Of a stretch of 64,000 bases of DNA, positions 37,032 to 46,769 are shown one piece after another. The translations under genes were made by a program, and so were the position numbers. The notes beneath the pieces are model-generated. The model saw only the letters and a list, made by a program, of their open reading frames with translations, made no database searches and was not told the DNA's origin. Each line of letters opens with the position of its first letter. The first letter of the stretch is position 1. The DNA is from a virus, in IMG/VR virus record IMGVR_UViG_3300021420_000022, positions 28,393 to 92,392 of that record, one strand, 5' to 3'.

Positions 37032-37781
37032 ATTATTCTTGGAGTGCTGGACTTTGAGACCACGGGTACGGACTTGCTTCAGGACGAAGTCACTGAAGTC
37101 GGTCAGATTACATACAGCACCGGTCAGCGGCGAATTTTCGAGAGCAGCAGTTTTCTTGTTGCTGGTACGCGTCCGATTCCGAAGCTGATTGAAGAGCGAA
37201 CCGGTATCTTGAATGCGGCGCGAAATAAGAAGGGATACGATTCGCACGACTCGTTAGAGACCATACTTAACTGGTTGAAGACGGTTGACGCTGTCGCTGG
37301 TCAGAACATTAATCAGTTCGACTGGGAGCTACTCCGGATTTGGGCTTCGCACTACAGCCAAGTTCTCCCGCCGATGCTACTGATTGACACCATGTGGGAC
37401 CTGCCGGGCGTGCAGGGCCGGAAGCTCCTGCACATGGCGGCAGAGGACGGCTTTCTACCGATGGGGGAGCACGGCGCATTGGTGGACTGTCTGACGACGC
37501 TGAAGCTTATCGAGAATCGGCTAGACAACCTTGACAAGATCGTCGAGCGCTCCAAGTCACCGCTCGTGATCCTCCAGAGTTTACAAGATTTCGATCACAA
37601 CGAACAGGCCAAGGATCGTGACGCGCTATGGAATCAGATTGGCGGCGCGTTTCACTGGAATGGGGATTACAAAATTTGGTGGAAGGCGACAAAGGAATGT
37701 GATGTACCGGAAATCGCGAAAGACGCGCCGTTCGATGTCACGATTCGGCGGGATTTGAATCTCAGGGAGTTGTGGAGCTAG
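37032..37781 (+). CDS. DEDDh 3'-5' exonuclease (DnaQ-like), possible ATT start
   Basis: LDFETTG, QN..FD, IDT, HGAL.D motifs. Confidence 0.85.
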   Translation: MILGVLDFETTGTDLLQDEVTEVGQITYSTGQRRIFESSSFLVAGTRPIPKLIEERTGILNAARNKKGYDSHDSLETILNWLKTVDAVAGQNINQFDWELLRIWASHYSQVLPPMLLIDTMWDLPGVQGRKLLHMAAEDGFLPMGEHGALVDCLTTLKLIENRLDNLDKIVERSKSPLVILQSLQDFDHNEQAKDRDALWNQIGGAFHWNGDYKIWWKATKECDVPEIAKDAPFDVTIRRDLNLRELWS

Positions 37782-37782
37782 T

Positions 37783-37956
37783 ATGCTGATCTGTAAACTC
37801 GATAGCACCGAATTCGCCGACCCGCAGGACGCCATGAAACACGTTCGCAACAAGCACGGTGAGACGATTTTCGACAATTGGTTGTATAAGTACAGCCCTG
37901 ATCCGCAGAGGGCGGCGGAAGAACGAGCTTTTGAATCTCTAATCAAGGAGGAGTAA
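37783..37956 (+). CDS. Small zinc-finger-like protein
   Basis: ICKLD...F......KHVRNKH; GGAG SD; below the track cutoff. Confidence 0.5.
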   Translation: MLICKLDSTEFADPQDAMKHVRNKHGETIFDNWLYKYSPDPQRAAEERAFESLIKEE

Positions 37957-38273
37957 TGATCACGTTAGGAGCAAAGCAGTCTGAAGCAGCACGGGACGCA
38001 GGTATCGAGTCGGCGGCAGCCGCTAGGGCGAAAGTTCTCGGGTTCGCTCGTGGCGTCGCTCGGGAGTTAGCAGCAACGTACGGCCAGACGGACGCTGACG
38101 CGGTGATAACTTCCCTTGAGTTGCAGGGCTTCGACACCACGGCAGAACTCGGCAACGCAGCGGGAGCGATCTTCCGTGGAGCAGGCTGGACGTTTGTCGG
38201 GTACAAGAAGTCGGTCAGGTTGTCGCGTCACGCCAACAAGATCGGAATTTGGAAGTTCAATCCACAAGCCTAA
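37956..38273 (+). CDS. Hypothetical protein
   Basis: GGAGG SD. Confidence 0.65.
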   Translation: MITLGAKQSEAARDAGIESAAAARAKVLGFARGVARELAATYGQTDADAVITSLELQGFDTTAELGNAAGAIFRGAGWTFVGYKKSVRLSRHANKIGIWKFNPQA

Positions 38274-38294
38274 ATTTAGGCAAAGGAATAAATC

Positions 38295-38933
38295 ATGATC
38301 GTTGAATCAGGCGGTAGAAAGTTCGATAAGACTCCGGGCAAGTTCATCGCTCGCATCATTGATGTCGAGAACCTCGGCGTCAAGGCGTCATCGAACCCGT
38401 TGTATAAGCCGGTGAATAAGACGGCCATATACTGGGTTCTGAATGCGGTCGACAAGTACAGCACCACAGGCGAGCTTCGGACGCATCGAGAAGAGATGCC
38501 GACGAAGATGACGCCACAAACAAAATTCAAGCCTTCGCGTATGTACGAGATCGCGGAGCAAGTTTTCGGCGGCGCGCAGAACATCCCGATGCCGTTCGAC
38601 GACGAGTTCTTCATTGGCCGCTGCAACGAGGTGATCCTGATCCCGAACGGCGAATTCCTGAAGGCCGCTGCCTTCTTGCCGGTTCCGGCAGGCGTTACAC
38701 CCCCAGCAGTTCCGGCAACTTACGTTCGTCGACGCAACCGCGCTCAACAGGGCCAAGCGACCACGGTACAAGGTCAGGCGACCACGGTACAAGGTCAGGC
38801 GACCACGGTACAAGGTCAGGCGACCACGGTACAAGGTCAGGCGACCACGACGGCACAACAGACGTACGTTGCTCCCGGTTCGGTCGCTGCTCCGGCTACG
38901 CAGCATATCGACGACGAAGACATTCCGTTTTAG
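38295..38933 (+). CDS. Single-stranded DNA-binding protein-like
   Basis: Acidic C-terminal tail DDEDIPF, disordered Gln-rich linker, position upstream of the primase. Confidence 0.7.
   Translation: MIVESGGRKFDKTPGKFIARIIDVENLGVKASSNPLYKPVNKTAIYWVLNAVDKYSTTGELRTHREEMPTKMTPQTKFKPSRMYEIAEQVFGGAQNIPMPFDDEFFIGRCNEVILIPNGEFLKAAAFLPVPAGVTPPAVPATYVRRRNRAQQGQATTVQGQATTVQGQATTVQGQATTVQGQATTTAQQTYVAPGSVAAPATQHIDDEDIPF
38748..38849 (+). repeat. 21-bp tandem repeat (QGQATTV, about 5 copies)
   Basis: CAAGGTCAGGCGACCACGGTA x3 exact, plus a variant first copy and a partial last copy. Confidence 0.95.
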
Positions 38934-39043
38934 TCCACTAGCACTGGTGGAAGGAATACTGTAAAGCTAAGGCGAGAAGCTACAGCGTTGTCCGGTGCAA
39001 CGGGCAATGGTGGCAAGCTCGTCATTTTCCTTCGAGGCTAACT

Positions 39044-41122
39044 TTGTCCTTTAAAGATATTGCTCAGCCATTAATCGAACGCGGCGTTCCGGTCTTCCCT
39101 CTAGCGCCTCGTACCAAAATTCCCGTCGATAAATCTATGTCTGAGTGGCCGATCCTAGCCACGACCGACTCTGCACAAATACTGCGCTGGGATTCCGCAT
39201 ACCCAAATGCAAATTGCGCCGCAGTTGCGAAAGCTGAGCCTAACGGAATTTGGATTCTAGACATCGACAGTCCTGCGGCAGCGCGAATCCTCAGTCTTCC
39301 GCACCTGCCTAAAACTTTTCAAGTCCGAAGTTCCCCTAGCAAGGGTCATACGTATTTTCGGCACAATGCGGCCAGCTTGGCTCTCGCTGGTAAGAAGGCT
39401 TACTACAGTATCAAGAACCCGGAAGGCAAAGAGATCGTCTCTGCGCGCTTGAATAACGCGTACGTGGTGGGCGCAGGCTCGATCCATCCGGTTACGCTAG
39501 AGCCTTACGAAGTCATTCGCAACGTGCCGCTGGTCGAGGCTCCGCAGGAACTGCTCGACTGGATTGCGCAGCACGCCGAATCGGACAAGATTCCGGTAAC
39601 GGCTAACCTTGAAGGCCCGAAGATTCCTCGTGGGTCGCACGACAACGAGTTGACACGCATCGCTGGCAAGTTGCGGCAGGCCGGAATGGAACCAGAGACG
39701 ATGGCCGTCGCGTTGATCGAAATCTGCGAGAAGCGCTGTGAGGACTACGGCCCCGACTATCAGGAAATGTGCCAGAAGATCGCGCACTCTATCGGCAAGA
39801 AGCCGATTGTAGACAACCGCGTGTACCACAATGGCGTGCCGGTCGATTTTATGTCACAACAGACGCAGGCCGCGCCAGTAGTTGTTGACCCCAATGCCGT
39901 GCCAGTGAATATCGACGACTCCGGCGTGATCGACTACCCGAAATTCCCTGAGTCCGTGATGTGGGGCACGTCGCTGTACGAGAATTTGGTTAAGCCGGTG
40001 ATCGCGAGCTCAGACAAGTACGCCGAGTTAATCTACATGCCTGCCGTGCTGATGTTAATCAATGCAATAGCCCTTCGCGTTCATTTAAAGTCACAGGCAG
40101 CGAGAGTGCCCAATCTATTTGTTGGTGTGATCGCGCCATACGGGCATTTCTATAAGTCGTCAAGCTGCGAGCTGGCGCAGAACTTTTTCATGCGAATGGG
40201 GATGGCCGTTAAGGACGTTCAGACCGCCGGAGAGAAGACCGTCATCCTATCACCGGGCAGCCCGGAGGGGCTGGGGTTGCGTCTGAAAGACAAGCATGCG
40301 ACGCGAGCCGTACTTTATTACGACGAGCTCGGAAAGTTTGTCGCTAAGGGCAAGATCGATCATTCGTCATTCCTAGAAGATATTTGTTCAATCTATGACA
40401 GCCGCGACTTTGCGAATGAAATTAAGTCCAACAAGGACTCCTATCGGTTCTCCGCTGGAACGTACTGCTTCTCGTGGCTCTGGTGTACGACCGACCGAAA
40501 GTTCCCGCAGCTTTGGGCGAACCTCGCGAATGAGGACTCCGGCCTGAACGACCGCATGTTCTTCTTGCTAGCGCCGCAGAAAGAACGGGAGCACGGGCTA
40601 TATTCCGAGATCGCGGTCGACACCGAGCCCACGCGGCATTTGATTGAGGCAGCGATAACAAAAGCCGAATTCGACTACGAGGATCGTATTGACGCACAAT
40701 CAAAAGTCAAAGGTATCGATCCTCGAAGTATTGCGATGTTTGAGAACCTCGCGCTCTACTTCGCTATTGATTTAGGTTTAGATTGTATCGACAGAGATTG
40801 TTGCGAGAGAGCGAAGCTCCTTGTTGAGTATCGAAATAAGACGCAAGAGTATCTCGATCCAGTGCAAGCGGAAAACAACCAAGCGAAAGATCAAACACTA
40901 ATCGTTCGAGAGCTCCAGAAGCATCAAGGACAGATGGCGACGCGCCTGTTGAAGAAGGCGCTACACGTGAACGAGCTCGGGACTCGACGATGGAACGACG
41001 CTTATCGAGGGTTGCTCGATGAGGGCGTGATCGCGCATCGCGAGGGCGTCGGCGCTTCGGCAGGCCGAAAGCCGGAAGAGCAGCGGCCAGCAATGACATA
41101 TCTATTAAAGCAGGAGGAGTAA
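39044..41122 (+). CDS. Bifunctional primase-polymerase with PriCT and DUF3987-like helicase region
   Basis: VFPL...K.P, LDID, GH.YF, YVVG.GS.HP; G.....L...AG.L; SPEGL, YDELG. Confidence 0.85.
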   Translation: MSFKDIAQPLIERGVPVFPLAPRTKIPVDKSMSEWPILATTDSAQILRWDSAYPNANCAAVAKAEPNGIWILDIDSPAAARILSLPHLPKTFQVRSSPSKGHTYFRHNAASLALAGKKAYYSIKNPEGKEIVSARLNNAYVVGAGSIHPVTLEPYEVIRNVPLVEAPQELLDWIAQHAESDKIPVTANLEGPKIPRGSHDNELTRIAGKLRQAGMEPETMAVALIEICEKRCEDYGPDYQEMCQKIAHSIGKKPIVDNRVYHNGVPVDFMSQQTQAAPVVVDPNAVPVNIDDSGVIDYPKFPESVMWGTSLYENLVKPVIASSDKYAELIYMPAVLMLINAIALRVHLKSQAARVPNLFVGVIAPYGHFYKSSSCELAQNFFMRMGMAVKDVQTAGEKTVILSPGSPEGLGLRLKDKHATRAVLYYDELGKFVAKGKIDHSSFLEDICSIYDSRDFANEIKSNKDSYRFSAGTYCFSWLWCTTDRKFPQLWANLANEDSGLNDRMFFLLAPQKEREHGLYSEIAVDTEPTRHLIEAAITKAEFDYEDRIDAQSKVKGIDPRSIAMFENLALYFAIDLGLDCIDRDCCERAKLLVEYRNKTQEYLDPVQAENNQAKDQTLIVRELQKHQGQMATRLLKKALHVNELGTRRWNDAYRGLLDEGVIAHREGVGASAGRKPEEQRPAMTYLLKQEE

Positions 41123-41123
41123 A

Positions 41124-41648
41124 ATGGCGCATCCAGATAATACAACATGGCATCCAGGCGCAGTAGTTCCGTGCGGCACCGGACACAGTCAAGACTTGCA
41201 GGTTCATTACTACCCGTTGTTCCATATCGAGCCACTGTTCAAAGTGAAGTTGCTCAACCCGAAAGCCAAGGTGCCGACGAAAGCGTACGAAGGCGACCTC
41301 GGCTGGGATTTGTATTCAGTCGGTCCGTATTGTCTCTGGAAAGGTGTTATCACCATGATCCAGACCGGCATCGCGATTCAACCGCGCACGGGATACGGCT
41401 GGATCGTCAAGGATCGGTCGAGCATGGCGAAAGCCCAAGTGTTCACGCACGGCGGCGTTGGCGACAACGGCTACCGTGGCGAGATCACGGTTGGCCTTAC
41501 ATGCGAGGACCCGCAATATTACATCAACGAGGGCGACAAGATCGCCCAGATCGTTTTCGTTCCGATAGTTGAAGGAAAGCCGGAAGTTGTCGAAGAGCTG
41601 GACCCAAGTGAACGCGGCGCACGTAAGTGGGGATCAAGCGGACGATGA
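41124..41648 (+). CDS. dut: dUTPase (trimeric)
   Basis: GWDL, RSSMA, GVGDNGYRGEI, GDKIAQ, RG...WGSSG. Confidence 0.92.
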   Translation: MAHPDNTTWHPGAVVPCGTGHSQDLQVHYYPLFHIEPLFKVKLLNPKAKVPTKAYEGDLGWDLYSVGPYCLWKGVITMIQTGIAIQPRTGYGWIVKDRSSMAKAQVFTHGGVGDNGYRGEITVGLTCEDPQYYINEGDKIAQIVFVPIVEGKPEVVEELDPSERGARKWGSSGR

Positions 41649-43918
41649 ATCCTGAGATCATAAAGCAACTCCGGAAGAAGCGTCTCTTCCTAGACTTTGA
41701 GTCACGGAGCTACGCGCCAATCAATGGGAAGTATTCCGTTGGTTTGTACAACTACATGGCGCATCCGACGACCGAGTTGCTGATGTGTGCGTACGCTTAT
41801 GGGGATTGTGACGACAAGCCGTTAGACGTAAAGCTGTGGCGCATGTGGACCGACGAGCCGATGCCCGACGATTTGCACGGCTGGCTCGAAGACGAGGGGG
41901 TAGACCTTGTTTCATTTAATTCTTCCTTTGAGAGATTCGGACTTTCCAAATCTGGCGTTACCTGCCCCACAGCTAGGTTCCAAGACCCCCAACCATCGGC
42001 TCGTATGCTCAGCCTACCAGCAGATTTGGATTTGGTCTCCGATATTCTTGGTCTGGACCGCGATCTGGGTAAAGATAAGCGAGGTGCGGCCTTAATCAAT
42101 CTGTTCTGCAAGCCTGTCATCAAGAAAGCTAAGAAGCCTACCAAGAAGAACCCTGCCGGAATTCCCGAACGAACATACTATAACGATTGGAACTCTCACC
42201 CGAAAGAGTGGGCCGAGTTTGCGGAGTACTGCAAGCAAGACGTGCGGGCCGAGCGTGAGGTTGCGCGCCGCGAGATTTTGTTAGGCGTGTTCCCGCTGCC
42301 CGAATTCGAGCGCGCCGTATGGTTATTCGATCAGAAAGTCAACGATCGTGGCATTCATGTCGACCGGCAGTTTGTTACGAACGGTCTCGCTCTCGGCATT
42401 CGCGCTAAGACTGAAACGAAGCGCGTGATGAATCAGTTGACCGGTCTGGAGAACTCGAATAGCCACGATCAACTTTTGCCGTGGGTGACAGCTCGCGGCT
42501 ATGATGATGATTCGTTGGAGAAGGACGCTGTAAAAACCGCGTTGAAGTTCAACACGAAGTTGACGCCTGAATGTCGAAAAATTCTGGAGCTAAGACTAAA
42601 TGCAAGTTCTACTACGTACACAAAATTGGCTGCTGTACTTCGGCAGCTTTGCGACGATGACAGGCTTCGAGGACAGTTTATTTATATGGGGTCGGCTCGT
42701 TGCGGGAGATGGTCGGGGAATGCTGTACAGATGCACAATATGGCCCGTCCCGAGCCTCTCTTCGAAGATGAGGAGATTGTTGATGAGGCCCGCGCACTCA
42801 TATTTCAGATGGGCTTTGACGGAATCATCAAGCGATTTGGAAAAGTTCTTCCGGGCGAAACAGATTACGGCTCTGTCCTTTCGACGATAAAGAACACGAT
42901 CCGAACGATGTTCGATGCGCCAGTCGGGAAACGCCTGAATGTATGCGATCTGAACGCTATCGAAACGCGTAACGCGGCGTACCTTTGTCAGTGCGAGCCG
43001 TTAAATCAGGTCTTCGTGCCTCGGCCCGGTAAGCCGAACGGCAACTGCCCATACTTGAGTTTCGCGGGCACGATGAACGGCATTCCGTACGACGTGCTTG
43101 AAACGGACTACCATAGCAAGGATAAAGCTATAAAGGCCGAAGCAAAGCGCAAGCGTCAAGTCGCGAAGCCAGCCGTGCTGGGTTGCGTGTATGAACTGGG
43201 TGGCGGGCGCGTCGAAACTGATCCGAAGACTAAGCGATTGCACAAGACCGGCCTGCTTGCTTACGCCGAGAAGATGGGGATCGATCTGAGTGAGAAGTTG
43301 TCTAACGACTCGGTGCGCGCCTTTCGAGAAGTCTACAAAGAGATCAAACAATCTTGGTACGATCTGAACAAAATCATTGAAGAGGTTCTTGCGGAAGGAA
43401 CTACTCGCGTCAAGCGTGAGTGGGGGCCGGGCGGCATCATCAAATTCGACAAGATTGTAATTCGAAAAGAAGGCTCTGTTCCAAAAGTCATTCTTCGCAT
43501 TCAGTTGCCATCTGGGCGCTACCTTCACTACTTCGATGCTCGCATCGAGATAATGAAGAAGCCGTGGAAGAACCACGAGACCGGCGAGGATGTCTACGGC
43601 CCAACGTTTGTGTATTCTGGGACGAATCAGGATACGCATCAATGGGGCAATCACATCACTAGCCACGGCGGAAAGGTTCTGGAGAACATAGATCAGGGCT
43701 GGTCGAGGGACGTTCTAGCCATCAAGTTGCTGTTGTTTGAAGCGTCCAACCTTTTCGTTGTCGGGCACGTACATGACGAGGGTATCGCCGAGACAGAGGA
43801 CGATCCGATAGCGCCCGGTCTGGCCGATATGGACGCGATCATGCGAATGCCGATAGATTGCGCGCCGGGTTTGTTGCTAGGTTGTGACGGATTCGAAGAC
43901 AAGTATTACCACAAATAA
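41645..43918 (+). CDS. DNA polymerase family A (APSE/SPO2-like)
   Basis: Exonuclease LDFESRS, FN..FER, YC.QDV; GRWSG..VQ.HN; motif A DLNAIE.R; motif B RQ.AK...LG..Y; motif C HVHDE. Confidence 0.93.
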   Translation: MNPEIIKQLRKKRLFLDFESRSYAPINGKYSVGLYNYMAHPTTELLMCAYAYGDCDDKPLDVKLWRMWTDEPMPDDLHGWLEDEGVDLVSFNSSFERFGLSKSGVTCPTARFQDPQPSARMLSLPADLDLVSDILGLDRDLGKDKRGAALINLFCKPVIKKAKKPTKKNPAGIPERTYYNDWNSHPKEWAEFAEYCKQDVRAEREVARREILLGVFPLPEFERAVWLFDQKVNDRGIHVDRQFVTNGLALGIRAKTETKRVMNQLTGLENSNSHDQLLPWVTARGYDDDSLEKDAVKTALKFNTKLTPECRKILELRLNASSTTYTKLAAVLRQLCDDDRLRGQFIYMGSARCGRWSGNAVQMHNMARPEPLFEDEEIVDEARALIFQMGFDGIIKRFGKVLPGETDYGSVLSTIKNTIRTMFDAPVGKRLNVCDLNAIETRNAAYLCQCEPLNQVFVPRPGKPNGNCPYLSFAGTMNGIPYDVLETDYHSKDKAIKAEAKRKRQVAKPAVLGCVYELGGGRVETDPKTKRLHKTGLLAYAEKMGIDLSEKLSNDSVRAFREVYKEIKQSWYDLNKIIEEVLAEGTTRVKREWGPGGIIKFDKIVIRKEGSVPKVILRIQLPSGRYLHYFDARIEIMKKPWKNHETGEDVYGPTFVYSGTNQDTHQWGNHITSHGGKVLENIDQGWSRDVLAIKLLLFEASNLFVVGHVHDEGIAETEDDPIAPGLADMDAIMRMPIDCAPGLLLGCDGFEDKYYHK

Positions 43919-43929
43919 TTGGAGGGAGT

Positions 43930-45093
43930 ATGTTTAAAAAGGTAAAACCTGTACAGTTGGAGTGGAGCAGCATCCTTGAGCAATTTCCGCACTGTGATCC
44001 GCGTATCTTGCATGCGCCGAGCGAGTGCAAATACTGCGACATGCATCTGGATTGGCAAGCTCTGCGGCAAGCGTGGGGAATTGCTTTCACGAATTACGAA
44101 CCTGAGGGAAATGAACTTCCCTGCCCAGCAAATCATGCTCGTGGGGAGAAAGGTGATTTTTGGCAGGGAAATGTTGCGAAGCCCAATAATTCTTTTGAAT
44201 TTGATATACCCGCTAACGCAACAATCACTGGTGTATCAGTCTCTGCAACAGTAAATCCGACAGAATTCGCAAATCCCGCGCTTGACGCAATCACGACGCA
44301 GCCGGTCGTGCTGCCGAATCCGGAGCCGTCCACGATTCTGCCATGTATCCAGAAGGATGCCCACCCACCGTTAACTGTTAGTCCTGAAACAGTACAGGAG
44401 CTACTAACAACGGAATTGAAATGCTTTCATAAATCTTCGAATGATCTGACTCCGGCCCAGATTTCCGCACAGGCCGCACTTACCGCAGTCAAACCAGCGG
44501 CTCTTGCGAGCGCCGCAAACGAAGCGTTTGTTGATATGGCCGCCCTCGCTGCAACGTTGCCGCCAGAGCATCCGTTAAACGCTATCGTGCCGCCGCCAGC
44601 TGAAGCACCAAAGAAACGCGCACGTAAGCCAAGTGAAGCTCAACAAACGGCGGGTAGCTCAATGGTAGAGCACTCGGTCGATAACCGAGAGGTTGCAGGT
44701 TCGATGCCTGCCCCGCCGACCACTTCTGTGTCGCCGAGCGCCGTCATTCCGGAAAGTCAGCCATCGACGACACTGCCTGCGCAGCCTGTTGAGCCGCCAA
44801 AAGTCGAGAAGTTGTTGAACCCGGAGCAAGAGAAAGAGATAAAGGAACGACTGGCGAAGTACCGCAATGAGATTCTGCCAACCGGGGGGATGGTCCCAGT
44901 TGATCAGGTTGGCGGCGTCGAAATTCAGCTTCGCAAATACGTCGCGCAGTTCTGTCCGGCCAAGCCGAGCAGCAAAACATGGGGATACGATGACTGGAAG
45001 AACTTCGTAGGCTTCTTTGACAACATGGTTGCGACAGTTGGCGCTGCTGGACTCGTGCAGCATATTCAACGGAAGATTGGGATAGCAAAATAA
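43930..45093 (+). CDS. Hypothetical protein: Cys/His N-domain, Pro/Ala linker, C-domain
   Basis: GGAGG SD; FPHCD.RILHAP..C.YCD; stop coupled to the helicase start (TAATG). Confidence 0.7.
   Translation: MFKKVKPVQLEWSSILEQFPHCDPRILHAPSECKYCDMHLDWQALRQAWGIAFTNYEPEGNELPCPANHARGEKGDFWQGNVAKPNNSFEFDIPANATITGVSVSATVNPTEFANPALDAITTQPVVLPNPEPSTILPCIQKDAHPPLTVSPETVQELLTTELKCFHKSSNDLTPAQISAQAALTAVKPAALASAANEAFVDMAALAATLPPEHPLNAIVPPPAEAPKKRARKPSEAQQTAGSSMVEHSVDNREVAGSMPAPPTTSVSPSAVIPESQPSTTLPAQPVEPPKVEKLLNPEQEKEIKERLAKYRNEILPTGGMVPVDQVGGVEIQLRKYVAQFCPAKPSSKTWGYDDWKNFVGFFDNMVATVGAAGLVQHIQRKIGIAK
44648..44722 (+). tRNA. tRNA-Ile(GAU) embedded in a CDS
   Basis: Acceptor CGGCGGG/CCCGCCG + ACCA; D-arm GCTC/GAGC; anticodon stem CTCGG/CCGAG with loop TCGATAA; T-arm GCAGG-TTCGATG-CCTGC. 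Confidence 0.85.
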
Positions 45094-46769
45094 TGGCTAA
45101 CTGCTTCATCGGAAACTACGGCCCGGATGCCGATCAACTCGTCTGCATAAACGCAGTCGAGGGGACTTATAATGTGGTCGCCGGGCCGGGGTCGGGAAAG
45201 ACCGCGACGTTGCTCCAGCGCTGGGTCAACATGCTGATGAATGGCATCGACCCCAAGAATACGCTAAATGTGACGTTCACTCACGAGGCGGCGGAAGAGA
45301 TGGTAAAGCGCCTCGGTTTCGCGGACACGGCGTCGATCTTCCGGACGTTCCACAGTTACGCTCTGGAGATCGTTCGCAAAGAGCGCGCCTGTCTGCCGTT
45401 CAAGACAACCGACGATGTCCTGCCGTTCTCTGGTGAGGACTATCAACTTTTGTTCGAGCTGGTCAAGACCTACCGCGCTGGAGTCAAAAATTTCCGCACC
45501 CTCAAGGACCATATCGTGGAGTGGAAGTGCGCGGACGTTTCCCCAGAGCAGGCTATAGACGAGACCCTTGGCTTAGAGCGATACTATGGGATGGCGTACC
45601 GCGATTACGAACGAAAGTGCCGCGAGCAAGGCTGGCTCGACTTCGACTCGCTGATGCATGAGACCGTTAATTTACTCGAACGCAATGACGACGTGAGGCA
45701 ACGATGGCAACGAGAATACATAGCCGTGGACGAGTGCCAGGACACGAATACCCTTCAATTTCGTTTCTTGCAGCTGTTATTCAAGAAGAACATCTTCGCG
45801 GTCGGCGACGAAAATCAGCTCGTGTACGAGTGGCGAAACGCGCAGGCCGGAAGTCTGTCAAATTTCGAGCAAAAGTTTCCCGGCTCGCAGAAGTTGTACT
45901 TAGGCCGGAATTATCGGAGCACCGGGGCGATAGTAAAATTCTTAAAGCGGATTCTGCCTGTAGACAACGGCCTCGGTTCACGTATGATGACAACGAACCC
46001 GTATGGCGAGGACCCGGTTATCACACGATATAGCGACGAGCTCGAAGAGGCTCAGCAAGTTATCGCATCGATCAAAGAGCCCGGCAAGACGGCGATACTG
46101 GCGCGCACGAACCGTCAGCTTTTCGAGTACCAGAAGATACTGACGAAGCAGGGCCAGAAGTACCGTATTCTCGGGAAGAAAGACTACTGGGAGCAGAACG
46201 AAGTGCGAGCCCTCCTCCGGCTGGCGAAAGACGATCTGAGCCTCCGGCCTGCTCACGAGGTGCTCGCTAGGATCATTGAGCGGGAGAGATTCTTCGATAA
46301 GTATCGCTACGCGCAGAACCCGATGGAGTCGAGCCCGGTCGAGAACCTGAACGACATCGTCAAGATGGCGGCGACCGAATCCCGGTCGAAGACGGGTGAA
46401 GTCAAATGGTCTGGGCGCGGATCGATCAGCGAATTCTTGGCTTATCTACGGCGTCTGACTTACGGGCGCAAAGGTAAGAACGGAGAGGCTGTCACGCTCG
46501 CTACAGTCCATCAGGCCAAAGGCCACGAGTGGGATTACGTCTACGTGATCGGTGTGAATCAGAAGAAAATGCCACACAAAGACGGAGAACTTCCGGAAGA
46601 GCGACGCATCTTCTACGTCGCGGCATCCCGCCCAGCGAAGGAGTTGCATTTCAGCTATACTGGTCAGCGCAGTCAGTTCTGGCCGGAAGAATACCCGAGT
46701 CGGATGTACGTCGGCCCAGCAATGGGGAACACGGAGGAGACAGATGGCGTTTCTCTACATCAACAGTAA
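45093..46769 (+). CDS. UvrD/Rep-family SF1 helicase
   Basis: AGPGSGKT, VTFT, TFHS, VDECQD, VGDENQ, NYRS, TVHQAKGHE, EERRIFYVA.SR. Confidence 0.93.
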   Translation: MANCFIGNYGPDADQLVCINAVEGTYNVVAGPGSGKTATLLQRWVNMLMNGIDPKNTLNVTFTHEAAEEMVKRLGFADTASIFRTFHSYALEIVRKERACLPFKTTDDVLPFSGEDYQLLFELVKTYRAGVKNFRTLKDHIVEWKCADVSPEQAIDETLGLERYYGMAYRDYERKCREQGWLDFDSLMHETVNLLERNDDVRQRWQREYIAVDECQDTNTLQFRFLQLLFKKNIFAVGDENQLVYEWRNAQAGSLSNFEQKFPGSQKLYLGRNYRSTGAIVKFLKRILPVDNGLGSRMMTTNPYGEDPVITRYSDELEEAQQVIASIKEPGKTAILARTNRQLFEYQKILTKQGQKYRILGKKDYWEQNEVRALLRLAKDDLSLRPAHEVLARIIERERFFDKYRYAQNPMESSPVENLNDIVKMAATESRSKTGEVKWSGRGSISEFLAYLRRLTYGRKGKNGEAVTLATVHQAKGHEWDYVYVIGVNQKKMPHKDGELPEERRIFYVAASRPAKELHFSYTGQRSQFWPEEYPSRMYVGPAMGNTEETDGVSLHQQ

